DNA from: Bugula neritina
Taxonomy: Eukaryota; Animalia; Bryozoa
Direction: 5' to 3'
Assembly: GCA_964035545.1 (NCBI GenBank)
Contig: OZ037770.1
Coordinates: 13,816,642 to 13,880,641 of the forward strand
Length of the DNA stretch: 64,000 nucleotides
Positions 23,428 through 36,241 of the stretch are shown piece by piece (the stretch's first letter is position 1; every line of letters starts with the position of its first letter). The notes below the pieces were generated by a model, which was given only the letters and a program-made list of their open reading frames with translations, searched no databases and was not told the DNA's origin. A program made the position numbers and the translations under genes.

Positions 23428-23462
23428 AATGACACCAATTACTTACTCGTGTATCTTATATA
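23428..23462 (-). promoter_or_regulatory. TATA box + Inr of paralog B
   Basis: Minus strand TATATAAG (23462-23455) with TCATT (23432-23428) ~30 nt downstream. Confidence 0.6.
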
Positions 23463-23630
23463 TGCGCCAGTCATTCTGTGTATAAGCCAGTGCGTATTGC
23501 ACAATGCTCTTGAATTTCGTGTTCATCGTGGGGCATTGTCCATATCTTAAAGTTTATTGTCTTTACGCTTATACAACCAAGGAGGAATTATAATTCTTCA
23601 TCTACCAGGTTATAAAACGCATATACAAAT

Positions 23631-23662
23631 CGTCACCATGACAACGCGTCACCATGACAACG
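23631..23662. promoter_or_regulatory. Tandem X-box (RFX)-like motifs upstream of paralog B
   Basis: Exact 16-bp tandem duplication CGTCACCATGACAACG x2; each copy contains GTCACCATGACAAC. Confidence 0.4.
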
Positions 23663-24457
23663 TGCCACTTCATAGCACCTTCAACTTTCTTAAATGATTT
23701 TCTTGGCAGCCAAACGGAGAATGTCAAAACAAATTAGTCAGAGCAATAAAAACTAAACGTGTTTCAAAAGTTTGATCATTTCCTTTAGTTCCCTGTAATT
23801 AACAAATTACGTCCTTCTGTTATTGGGAGATTAACGTGTGTAACCGTGTAATGGTAACCCAGATTAAATATTACTGGTTGCATTAATCCAATTATTACAA
23901 TTACAGTTATGTTTGCATTCATTTAGTTGGGTTTGAATCATGATTACCTTGTGGTTATCAATTTCAGATTTCCCTTCATACTGTTAAGTTAGCTGAAAAT
24001 GTGTTTGAGCATGTTTACTAGAGTAAAAAACAGTATCCCTGATGAGGTCGTGAAATAATTACAGAGATGAAATTATGGCTGGTTCTGAGGAATGCAAACA
24101 AGTTTTTCTATAACTTTATTATTTTTAGTGAAGGTATCAGCATCTTTATGTTTTTAAATATGGGGCATAACTGCTTTAAGAACTGAGAATATAAAATTCA
24201 TGCATGCACCTCTTTTCTGCTGATATTAAACTTTTACTTTTGCCTAGAAGACTAAAATAAATGTCAAAACTGTGCATGTGATCTCCAGTTTTTTATAGCT
24301 GATCTAATCCCCTCTGCATTTCTTATAAAAGAAAAGTTTCATAGATTGGCTGCAAGAACCTATAAAAGGACTGCCGGGATCTATAAAATCAATGTTTTCA
24401 TTCAACATTTGAATTACCTCCAATAATCATAAAATAAATAATTTACATTGAAATCCG

Positions 24458-24505
24458 GCTGTCTGTCTGTTTGTCTGTCTGTTTGTCTGTCCGTGTGTCT
24501 GTCTG
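24458..24505. repeat. (GTCT)n-type microsatellite
   Basis: ctgtctgtctgtttgtctgtctgtttgtctgtccgtgtgtctgtctg. Confidence 0.8.
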
Positions 24506-25825
24506 CAATTATTTATTGCAATTTAAGCTATGAACTACATTAATAATTATGGGTGAAAAACGGTTTCAAACAAATATAAAACTTTGCACATAATACAAGT
24601 ATATTACAGTTCGAGTTGCGAAGCATAGATTTAGTTACGTACCATACTGGAAAACTATTGTTCGATACCGTTAGTCGGGCATTGGACCCTGACTCCATTG
24701 AATTGACTCATAATCCCCGATGTTTGTTAATACTTCTTGTGCTGCCACATTCACTGTTCTGTACCATTAGTTAAACACAACAGCTTTGCATTAGTCAGCA
24801 GAAATTTTTCATCTTGAAAAATTTCTGGTTTCTTAGATTGGCACATTTTGATTCCATGATAAAAGTAAGTAACAGGTTTTATAACAGACCTGGCACAGCC
24901 CCATAGAACAGTGTTATGGCTATATTTTACTTTAAACTGCAGTAGTACATTGTATTTGTATTCTACTTCAGTTTATAATTCTCTAACATAGGAAAAAATA
25001 TATTTCATGCAAAGTACAGAAGTTGAGGTGAAAATCAAAAAAATATCTTTGTTTTTTTTGTTTTATTAAATTAACAAATATAATTTTGCATCTAGTTTAT
25101 TTGCATTTATACTTTTATGATATCATTAGAAAGCTATAGACTTACTAATTCCATCTAATAGAGTCTATTTTAGCATGCAGAAATACATGCTACAATGTTA
25201 CAATGCTACAATGTTCAAAAAGGCAGTTGAGCAATATGTCAAAACATGCATAACGAGGCACTTGCTCTTCATAATATCTTATTGGAGCTTTTGACTTTTG
25301 ATGCCCATATGATCTTTTTATTAGGTACCTGTAGTGTGTGTCAAATTAAATCATGCCAAGAGATGCTAAGTGACAGGGGGCACAGGTACTAGCCTGTGAT
25401 AGCCTCAATTTTCATCACACATAGCACCTCTGATGCTTTGCCAGAAGTAAACCGCCTGAAATTTACTTTGCTGGATACCATAACTTTTTCACCAAAAATT
25501 CTTAAATCTTATGTAAATTTAAAAGACTGCTAACCAGACACACCTCAGCTCAAAGGCAAGCATGGTCTGCCTGTAAAAGGCAAATGTGTTACATCACTAT
25601 GAGTTGACAAACAGGGATATGTGAAATAAACCGCATGTGTAATCCAGTGCCTGATTGCAGTCACTAGATTGAGAAGTCACTGTTACTCCGAGACAACCTT
25701 TAATCTTTGATTAATGTTTCATAAGAGATTAATTGGTGTTGATAATCAATAATTATTAGTTATAGATTGAGATCAGAATAACATGATTGTAAATTGCAGA
25801 CTTTATGAAGCTACAGACATGAATG

Positions 25826-25975
25826 ATTGTGGTTCAGCGGTTAGAGCGAAGGACTTGTGTAAGCTTATAGGTCATGGGTTCGAATCCCTGAATGGCCATT
25901 GGTTTTGTTGTAGCTAATCTCTTGCTACCTTGAAAGCCCTCAAACCATGTTACCATCATGGTAAGAGTTATGCAC
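25826..25975 (+). mobile_element. tRNA-derived SINE-like element, family 2
   Basis: A box TGGTTCAGCGGTTAGAGC and B box GGTTCGAATCCC. The tail GCTACCTTGAAAGCCCTCAAACCATGTTACCAT...GTAAGAGTTATGCAC is shared with 32618-32763. Confidence 0.65.
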
Positions 25976-27621
25976 TTCTGGTACCAAGTAGATTAATCAT
26001 TTAAACAGACATGAGTATTCTTACAGATGTGAGAATATTAATTATTGAAAACATTCCATTTTTATATTAACCCAGGTTTCTTTGAAACTGTAAATATGTA
26101 AAAGCGATTCCTTATATTAATTGATGAAATTTGAAAACATCAAATTAAACTTTCCAATGTGTCAAAATGTAACTTTAGAATATTCAGGAAAGATCTAGTG
26201 ACTATGTCACAGTGCAAAGTTTCTGTTATTACAAAAGTTATTAAAAAACTATTAGAAAAACATTAGAAAACTATTTTGTAAGCTGCTGCTAATACTAAGC
26301 AAAATATTGTCTTTTAAATTTTGCAAGCATGTTGCATTTTTGTTGATTATAAAACTAATTTGCATGAACTAAAAAAAGCCTTTTACACTTTTACCTAAAA
26401 TATCTATACATGTAATGCAATTTGAGTTGTTCAGGCAATATCTTTGATAGAAAATTATTTACAAGTTGGTGCACAAAAAGTCTGTAATAAACTCTATGCT
26501 CTAACTAAATTTTAGTGCTTAGAATCTGTAATAGAAAATACAACATCAAAAGTATCTAAAAATTGAAGTAGATGAATAAAAACAAAGAATTAATTGCACT
26601 TCCCATAACTTTTATTTAAAATGTGTTGAGGCTTTAAAGAAAGCTTTACTAACAGAAGCTGCATGAACTATTTATTTTAATTATTCAATTACTTTTTTTC
26701 AGGATTTTAGACTTGGCAGGCCTAAATACAACTGAAGTACTTTAATTGACAGTAACAGAGCGGAGGCACAGCAATTTAAATTAATTTTATTAGTTGCAAT
26801 GTAACACAGCAATATATATACTAATTACCATCCTATTTGCATTTAGCAAACAATGAATTAGTTTATAGCAATTAAAATTAAAGAAAAGGACATAAGTTTA
26901 GTGCAAATGGAAAAAAGATAAAAGGAAAGCTGACAGATTATAATTGACTGATGATTGATGAGAAAACTTTTGGCCAATTTCAATAAATTCTGCATTCCAA
27001 TAGACAAGTACAACTGTAATAATTATGCATAAATTTATTGCTTACAGTTTCATAATTATGGCTGCACATGCATACAAAATAACTTCAATGATAAAGCTAA
27101 CAAAGTTTACAACAATCAAAAATTTATTTTTTCTAAAAGAATACAATGAGTTAATATAGCATCAATATTAGCCAGGTATTAAATATAATATGTATTTAAT
27201 AAACAAGAATTTTGCATTTAAGTATCATAACACTGAGATCATAAATTAATTACATACATGCTGCAAACAAGATTGGTTCTTATTATAAAGTTAGAGAGAG
27301 AGTTGCATTCTCCTGAATACATAGATGTCCTAAAAATATAGCGCATTGGGCCACTTTTCTAAGACAAATTTTTAGAAAAAAATGTGTCAATAAAATTTAG
27401 AAATTTTTTGATTGATTTGAAAAAGTTAGTCAAACATGTGCTGTCACCACCAAGTTATTCTGTTGCGTCTGGTAGGTGCTTGAGATCACAGGAAGCTAAA
27501 TGTTAAAATAGTTTTGTTTTGTTATTCATTTAATTGACATAAAATCTCACTATATGATTAATAATAGAAAACAGGAACAAAATCAGTTAATGAAGAAATA
27601 CCTCTTCTTATAGCCTGAGTT

Positions 27622-30166
27622 CTATGCTCTATTGTTAGTGAACTCCGAATGACTACTGGTACACCCTGCAACTATGTTAGTTAGGTACCAGTGGTTACAC
27701 AGGCAAATGTCAAGGTCCATTACTGTGCCTTCTGGGCATTTAAATCTTTCCAGCCTTTTCTCAGGCAAACCTGTATTAACCTCACGGTAGATTTCAAGGC
27801 AGAATGTTTCTGGTACCACGAAGAATGTATTTCCTGCAACAAAGGCCCAGATGCAGACGTACCTATTTAAATTACTGGAGTTATCTTCTTTCCTATTTTT
27901 TCATTTATTAGCAAAAGTGAGTACAATATATGTCTTTTTTTGGAATACAGATTAGAATTTGTAGTGTTTGTAAATAGCAAAAGACTTTAAGTGTTTTAAG
28001 TGTTTCCTTAAACTAATAATTTCACAAAACTCAATTTGAATAAGATCTCACAAAATATTTTGCTACTACTACTTTAAAAGTGATAAAAAAGATTTTGCCA
28101 AAATTTCTGCAATTGAAATACTGCAGTTTAAACTTGCTTAAAATAAAATTAAATATTTTTTATTCGTTAAAAATTGAAGCATATTACAATGATGCGTTGC
28201 TATCCCTTAGTTTTAGTTGCAAATTGCATGACTACCTTGACCAATCATCTGGCAGAAGAGAGGGCTGGACAGGATGTTGTACTTAGAGTCATAGTCACTA
28301 GTGGTACCAGTTGGCTGTGGGTCAAAACAGTTTCCAACGCAATTTCCTTTATTGTTGCCTTCAAGTGAAATGTGCATATTACTAAAACCTTTGAAATCAT
28401 CTTATAACTTTTGACAAAATTAGGAAATATTCAGATTGCATGTAACAGCACAGATACTTGCCACATGATTTAATACAAAGCATGCCTTGGGATGAATTTA
28501 TGTTTTTTATATATTAAATAGAGTTGTCTTTCCTTGTCATAGGTGTTCGACATATGAAAGTAGTAATTACTGTAACAATCATGCTTTTACCTTGACCTTG
28601 TGCAGTTTCTCTGATGAACTTTTCAATGACCTTTACTCTGATGTCATTTCCTTGACTATTTCCTGCAGATCGATAAAAACAGTTCCCTCGGCAAATGCCG
28701 TTTCGGTTGCCATGTCCTAAGAATATGACAAAGTCCTTTATTCACTTTTATAAACTTTCGATAACAAAAATATAAAACTTAGTTTAAAATTGATGCATAT
28801 TTCTTTCACCTCCATTGTCTCTGCATGCATATATAATTTCTGTTAAAACTACCACTCATTATTAATCTTCAGCCACCAACTGCTGCAAACCAATTACTTG
28901 CCAGACAATTATTTGTTAGAAGTCTAGAAACTGAGTGCTTTAGTCTTAAACTGTCAAACTAGAAAGATAAATTGTGACTTTTCTGTTTTTCCAAATAAGT
29001 TGAGACATACAGTATGTAAGGTTAACTACCTAACTAACCATGATAAGGAGTAGATTATAAGAGCGTATAATCAACTTATGTAAATCCATGAAAAAAACGA
29101 GGTTATTTTGTATATAAAAGCACACAGATAAAAGAAATTGATTTACAAAGATAAGAATTAATAAGAGAGTGGCTAATTAAATTTATGTACTTCAACCTAA
29201 ATTTAGTCAAAAGCATAGTATATGAAAAAAAATTAGCTACCATAGCTATTATATGCAGTTCTTATTTTGACCTAAATACAAATTTACAAAGTTTAATAAT
29301 TAAAGTCTTTGCATTTTTATCATAAAAAAGTAAGTGAGGTGACAGGAGAACTAGCAGTTACCTCCTGAAAAGACATTGTTATTGCCATTATTATTCCCTG
29401 CTACGTTGTAGAAACAGTTACCTTCGCAGTTTCCATTATGATTGCCGTTATCTATAATATAGAAAATGTTGGTGAGTAATTGAAATGTTGTCAATCAGTT
29501 TATGTAGGTACCCAGTACCCACCACATACAAGAACACTTTGATTTTAAATTTAGAAAAATGTTTCCTAGGGAATAAAAGTTATTATAATAGTTTAAAATT
29601 AAATAAAAAATTCTTGCTCACTTCTATTCAAATTTGTCCCCAATGCACTGTCATAAGCAGTGTTCTAAAAAGAAAACAATGCAGTATTTATCTAAAACAT
29701 AATGATTTAAAGTTTAGACATAAATAAAAAGTTAGTTATTAGCTGCAAAAAAGCTTTGCCATGCAGTTATATAATTGTGCGGTTTTAACTTTATCTCTAC
29801 ATACAGTTAAAAATATATTTAACTTTGTGGCTCCCAGTTCATGGGTTAAGTAATAAATGGAAAGCAAAATAATTAGTAGAATGCAACTAACAGTAGTTTC
29901 AGCTATATGAAAGAACTGGTTGATAGTTCTTAGAAAACCAACTATTAAGGTATTACGGAAGAATAACTCCTAGAAAATAGATCTATGATTAGCAGAATAT
30001 CAAATGATTCAACTTACAGTCACTGTTTTGGTTCCAATTTCCATTAACATTTCCATTAACATTTCCAATACAATTGCCAAAGCAGTTGCCATTCCCTTTA
30101 CCATTATCTAGCAAATGTAGGACATTATTCATCATTATCTGTTCCATAGTTGCAACCATGTACACA

Positions 30167-30246
<80 letters not shown>

Positions 30247-31124
30247 CACACGCACTCTTATGTGTATTATACTGGTAGAAATGATATATACCTAATTAAC
30301 TTTCGTAATTTTCATAGTTTGTTATATATGTTTCGAATATGATGTTAACAAATATCATGTTAGATGATAACAGTTGAACCTGTCAATTAAAACACTGAGC
30401 AAGAGCACTGACAACTCAAAAAAAACTCTGAAAATCATTTCCAGACAGAATGTCAAGATAGATGATAAATTGAAGGAAATTAATCATTTCACCCACACAT
30501 GAAGTTATCTGTAGCCTGAAATCTGGCATTGTCTAAGCAGTACTTACGGGTGGTCAGGTCTGTCCCTCCACCCACTGCTGCAATACTATTGGCTAGACCA
30601 TTATGTTGCTGGGCTGCACAGTTTCCTATACACAAGCCGCTAGTGTTACCAAACAGCGTCACACTCTGAAAGGACTTATGAAACAACCTATTCCGGCAAG
30701 AGAAGTAACATGAGACAAAATAATTTATACAATTGAAAATTAGTGAGTATATAAATTGAACACAGCTGCATTTTACATACATACAATATATATTACATAC
30801 ATGACATATTGCATATAATGCATATAATATATGTTGCATATAATACATTTATTACATATATTACAATAATTACATAAAAATGTATAATACATATAACGTT
30901 TCTCGCATAATATTATAATGCATATTCTACGTCTAACACAAATGTATATTGCATATAATATAGTATATGTTACGTGTTATATATTGATATAATAAATAAA
31001 ATATATGCTGCATGAAACACCACTGGCTATAAACAATTGACCATAATTAAAATCCAAAAAGTTTTAAATTCAGTTTTGTGTTTACTTACATGCACAACAC
31101 AACCAATGATTGTATTCCATACAT
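27622..31124 (-). CDS. Paralog C: secreted Gly/Asn/Cys-repeat CBM14-like protein, 7 exons, ~271 aa
   Basis: Exons 31124-31090, 30687-30548, 30107-30018, 29451-29362, 28716-28591, 28358-28236, 27833-27622 total 816 nt: MYGIQSLVVLCMLFHKSFQSVTLFGNTSGLCIGNCAAQQHNGLANSIAAVGGGTDLTT-HNGKGNGNCFGNCIGNVNGNVNGNWNQNSD-YNGNHNGNCEGNCFYNVAGNNNGNNNVFSG-GHGNRNGICRGNCFYRSAGNSQGNDIRVKVIEKFIRETAQGQ-GNNKGNCVGNCFDPQPTGTTSDYDSKYNILSSPLFCQMIGQ-GNTFFVVPETFCLEIYREVNTGLPEKRLERFKCPEGTVMDLDICLCNHWYLTNIVAGCTSSHSEFTNNRA*. Confidence 0.87.
30162..30255. repeat. (CACG)n microsatellite in paralog C intron 2
   Basis: About 20 perfect CACG units; explains the RACV/THAR ORFs. Confidence 0.95.
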
Positions 31125-31198
31125 GATATAAAAACTCTTGATAATCCTTACGCAAAAATTTAAACAGTTTTTGCTTAACTCTTGAATGCTACAGGTTC

Positions 31199-31233
31199 AA
31201 GTGACACATTGGCAAGGTGCTAGCAGGTTTATA
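31199..31233 (-). promoter_or_regulatory. TATA box + Inr of paralog C
   Basis: Minus strand TATAAA (31233-31228) with TCACTT (31204-31199) ~30 nt downstream. Confidence 0.65.
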
Positions 31234-31879
31234 GTCGCTAAACTTGGCAGGTGCAGTGACTATGAGCAGTTTGTAACTGTCAGCTAAGTCAGTCTTTGAG
31301 AGAAGGGGCGTAGCAACAAAATTCAAACTGGGAAGCCTCTATCTGGGATGAAACCATGTAAATCAAACAAACTGGAATAAATGCATCCTTGAATCATCAT
31401 CTGACATTGATATTAAAAAAACTGAACTTTTGAGAACAGAAATACCTGATTTTTATATGTAAGCAAACATTGTCTTATATAGAATTTTAATAAAATTTTT
31501 CAATTTTGCAATTGATAATGTTTACTGATTGAATGCATATAAGTACTCTGTGATTACATAAATCCTTGGTACAATTCACTAAACTACTGCACCCCTGACT
31601 GCAGGGCATCTATCCAACACTGAATAAATTAGAATGAATAATATTAAACAAAAAAATAAATTAGAATTTTCTTTCACGTCATTTTTTTTGAAGAATTATC
31701 AGAAATCTAAAAAAACATACAACTGTTGAAGCCTTCGCAATATCCTAAAACAAAATTCAATGCTTGTGGGTTCAACTTGCAGTTTGTCCATTGTTTATGG
31801 CTAGCCCCCTGACACTGCACATTAGTAAAATTCTAAACAATAGAATATTCTAGGCTGGACCATAAAGAATGACTCAGTT

Positions 31880-31985
31880 ATTTTCAGCTTTCAAGCTGTA
31901 TAGCTAGTTTAATTTCAGCTTTCAAGCTATATAGCTAGTTCAACTTCAACCTTTAAGCTATATAGCTAACAAACCAAAGCTATAT
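31880..31985. repeat. ~31-bp tandem repeat x3
   Basis: TTTCAGCTTTCAAGCT(G/A)TATAGCTAGTT units. Confidence 0.8.
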
Positions 31986-32378
31986 AATGCAAATAACTTT
32001 TTGTATATAAACATGACATGTAAAAGAATCAAACCATTCTGCAGTAGTGCTTCAACCCTGAAGCAATATTTTGAGATAAAAATTACCGAATATTTGGATT
32101 CACAAGGTAACCATTTTGCATTTTTTAATTACTTAAAACGTATATAATTGTTTGTATTATGGAACTTTATTATATTCATGACACATGAAATAGTTTTTGT
32201 GTCAAGTTTTTACATACATGTCACTTAACTGCCCTGTATACCTGGAACGTTATTTAAATGGTGCATAATTTATTGGAACTGCATGATTAAGATCCTGATT
32301 CATACTGGATATATAATGTTCTAAAAATTTTAACTCCACAGTGTCTAGTAAGTAGTAATAGAGTGGTGTTGTTTGTCA

Positions 32379-32479
32379 AACTTTTTAATGTTTTGTAAAA
32401 GATTAAATATTGTGTTTTAAATATATATATATATATATTTAAAACACAATATTTAATTTTTACGAAACATTAAGGAGTT
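32379..32479. repeat. AT-rich palindrome (hairpin/cruciform) with (AT)n centre
   Basis: Perfect core ATTAAATATTGTGTTTTAAA(TA)nTTTAAAACACAATATTTAAT (32402-32457), with imperfect arms extending ~20 bp further on each side. Confidence 0.9.
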
Positions 32480-32617
32480 ACATATAGTATATCATTGCTA
32501 TATATATTGTTATAATTATAGATTATGTAATTATTGTAGTTATTAATAATAAATAAGCATTAGTTATGTGTTGAGATTCGAATAACATGATTACAGACTC
32601 TATGCATGGAAGCTTAA

Positions 32618-32763
32618 GCAGTTACGGTTTAATGGTTAAAGAGATGAATTCGTGTAGTTGGTTTGAACACGGTGCAGGGCCATTAATCTTGTGTAAAAAA
32701 TCCTTCGCTACTCTGAAAACTCCCAAACCATGCTACCATATTATAGTAAGAATAAAGATGCAC
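32618..32763 (+). mobile_element. tRNA-derived SINE-like element, family 2 (degenerate)
   Basis: GGTTTAATGGTTAAAG...GGTTTGAACAC...GGCCATT...GCTACTCTGAAAACTCCCAAACCATGCTACCAT is homologous to 25826-25975. Confidence 0.55.
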
Positions 32764-33399
32764 AGTGTAATGCGTGTGCTATAGTTCAGTAAAATCCTAT
32801 GTTAATTTGCAGTCCATTACTTGTATATAATAGCTTTTTATAATAGCTTTTTATAATTTCTTTTGCTTATTTATGGTCAGAATTTACTCTTTATGTCAAT
32901 TTGTGTTGCTAGCTAGTTTGCCTTCCGTATGCAAAATGCTGTATTACAAGAAACTGTGATTATGTTATATATATATAGTATATAATATATAATATGTGTA
33001 TTATATTATATTATATTATATATATTATATTATATTATATATTATATTCATGAGTTGTACGTAGATCTATTTCGTAATTCCTTTCATCTCTAGTTTGAGT
33101 TTAATGAGTTTTTTTCTTTTTAGACAGCCTTTCACTTTCCTTCACTATTAGGTGGTGTGATTTCCCAGTAGCCCCTACAAGTAATACACTGGTTTGCAAA
33201 TTGGAAGATTGATCTCCACACCTGGTACAGGCAGTCATTTTACGGACACTTTCCACCATGTTGCCACTGAGTGTATCACAGGTTTTCCCTGGACAAACAT
33301 GGAAGAACTATTAATTCTGCAGGACTTATTCTTTCTCTCCAACCATTCCAAATGGTAAGAAAATAAATTTGGTAACAAAACTAAGTTCATTGTTCACTG

Positions 33400-33790
33400 G
33401 GACCAAAAACCCAGACGTGTTGCTATGCTTAGCACTAATATATTTGGTTTAAAATATATTTTCTGTCCATGTTCTGGTGAGAGGTTTTTTCTTTTCTATT
33501 GCTTTAAAATGTTCAATGAAAAAATGCATGATTTGAAATTTTATCTCAAAATAAAAAAAATCAGGGTGTTGGATGACAAAACAAATTTATTGTTAATACT
33601 TAATAGTGCAGAAAACCCAGTGGTTTTCTGATACTTCACACAAAAATAGTTGGTTTAAAAGATCATCTTTTCTTCCCTGTAGGATATGCTAGGGTAAAAG
33701 CTCTCTTTTTATTTTTTATTAATTGCTCTAAAATGTTAAATATAAGAATGCATGATTTTAAATTTTGTCCTAAAATTAATTAAAAATTTT
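33400..33790. repeat. Old degenerate ~200-bp direct duplication
   Basis: AAAACCCAG...TTGGTTTAAAA...ATTGCT(T/C)TAAAATGTT...ATGCATGATTT.AAATTTT occurs twice (~33405-33560 and ~33612-33785). Confidence 0.6.
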
Positions 33791-36175
33791 ACAGCATTTA
33801 CATGGTAGCCAACCATTTGCTTTGTTTTTTCTGTGAAGGAACTCTCAACTCTCAGCTCATTGTTCTCAGTATTGCTTGTATCGAGGATAAGCATCACCCT
33901 TGGCTAGTTAAAAGGCTTCTTCTGGAAGTGAAACTATTAATTTTACCCATGTTCTTTGTAGACCTTGTACCATATATAGCAGTCATTATTGTTAATTAAA
34001 CGGGTTTTTCTTCTAGCTCATGCATATTGTTGTTTATGGATCTTACAATAGCTATATAAACTAAGTCAGGTTAAAAACACAAAATTAAATTACAAAATTT
34101 CATTGCCAATCAAATTTACTTGAATTTACTAGTTTTTGTTAATAATTTGCTGTGTGAACTATAATCAAGTTCATCATCAGCACCTATATTCTAGGCTATT
34201 TATAGCTATCCTACTTTATAGCTATATTGATATACATACTATTGTTAAGCACTACAGCTTCTATATCATGGCTCTATTATACACATAATACATAACTATA
34301 TGCATAAACAACAATATGCTACTACAACATGAACATAACATAAAAATAGTTTTATATTTTTTTTGGATTTATCAATGATGTAAAATTATAGATGCTGGTT
34401 ATTATACCCCTTGTACATGCAGTGATACTGAAGATTGTTGCTGTGCCTATAAAAGATAACTGAGTACTTTTTACATTGTTATGGTAAAACTATTTTTATT
34501 GTAAAACTATTACTTTATAAGGTGTTTATTTTGTACTTATGCAAATATTGTAATGAACCAGTATCTTGATACAGCACAAGTGAAAAGTCGTTTCTTTTTA
34601 GTTTTCTGCATCACACTAATAGGAAATGTTATAATTTATATGTATGTCATATATGTACAATATATATTGTATACATAATATTTTTTATACCGTAACAGAA
34701 TGCTAAATAAAAGTACTGCATTTGCACTTATATATCACGTTCACGCTCTGAACCAAAAATCGTCATTAATTTGGAATTTGCTGTAAAATTTGAAATTTTT
34801 TTTTGTAAAAGTCACCTACTTTACGTGTAAGCAACAACTATAAGGACATCTTTTCAAAGTTTAAAATCTTTTTGAAGATTCTAAAGTAATTATTTGATAA
34901 TGTATGGCCAGCGTCGCAGTACAGGAAATAGTAAATCTCAAATATTTCATATAACAATATCCACTTCTAAGGAATTGATATATGTAGGTTGTACAAATTA
35001 ACAATTACATACTAAAATAAACCCCGATTAATTTTTTTTAGCAAGCTTGTACTTATAACTTCTGTATTGTAATTTTGTTTTCATATTCAAAATATACAAG
35101 TAAAACTTTATTTATAGCGCTTAAGTAAAAACTAGATAAAACATCCTAATTTGCTTCATGATTTAACTATGTAGGTTTTTACTGATCCCATCTGCACCGA
35201 ATGTATTACAAATAAATTAGAAAAGAAGCATTTATTTATAACCAGAACAAATAGTAACAGCTGTTTTATAGATTCTTTTATTATAAACTTGATATTGTTT
35301 GACTAAGGTGCCATTGGTAACCTAACACTATATTGTATAGACAGAATTGTCAAATTTGAGTATACATACAGAGAGTTTCTCAGTTAATTATAAAACTTTT
35401 TGAGATAGGTAGTACTTATAGAGTTAAGCTAGTAACATGTAAATATTGGATGAAGGAAAATCAAATTAAGTAGAAGTTTTCATTAAAAACTGTGCTATAG
35501 TTTCCGTAAGAATAATCATTTAAGTCTGCCGAACTAAAAGATAGGAAGCTAAGAAAAGTGCCTATGGAAGACACCATGTGAAAGATAACATACCAAGAAG
35601 ATAGAAAAGGGAGCTGATTGTATCGATAATCATTTGCATCACCATAAATGTTGATGCTCTGCCATTTCCTAGTCTGTCATCACACATAATATGACAACAT
35701 ATATCATCGTATAAGATTGCCTTGCCAACCAAATCAAAATGGAGTATATACCTATGCCAGTAACGTTGAGTTAATGATATTATCACATTTGTCGTATTAA
35801 TCTGTATTAAATTCTTTTGTTACTAAAATTATGCCGGATTTACATCCTGAACGATTACATCATGCGTGACAAATCATTTGATTAGAAAGGAAATACCAGA
35901 ATATAGCCTGGGTATACTCTGAAGAAAGTTGGGGGTGGCATATCTAAATCACAGTCAGTGTTTGCTCATAAAAATTGAAAGAAATTGATTATAAGATTTT
36001 TTGAAGGAGATGTGATTAACTCTAAAATTTTCTTTTTAAAAAAAGTTAGCAGATTTGAATAGTATAAAGGAAACAAACCGCCTGAGCCCATCCAATGTCG
36101 CTACTAAAACTTAGGCTATAGCTTAGAAGCAGCCTGTAGAGTCATGATGCATAATAACAAAGTTGTATAGCTCCA

Positions 36176-36217
36176 TATATATATAATTAGAACAGATCTT
36201 TAAATGCTTTCACATTT
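36176..36217 (+). promoter_or_regulatory. TATA box + Inr-like element of paralog D
   Basis: TATATATATAA at 36176-36186 and TTCACATTT ~30 nt downstream; ATG at 36242. Confidence 0.5.
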
Positions 36218-36241
36218 GAATATTTTTTTGATAGCCTAAGC

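Noticed and set aside
24420-25400. Possible non-autonomous Helitron suggested by the (GTCT)n tract
   Set aside because: Could not identify convincing 5' TC and 3' hairpin-CTAG termini.
25826-25895. Possible tRNA gene (good A and B boxes)
   Set aside because: No convincing acceptor stem, and it continues into a body shared with 32618-32763, so it is treated as a SINE head.
33124-33354. GC-richer block with good acceptor and donor between paralogs C and D (possible fifth paralog or exon)
   Set aside because: Stops in all three frames and no GN/Cys or CBM14 similarity; at most a non-coding exon or TE relic.
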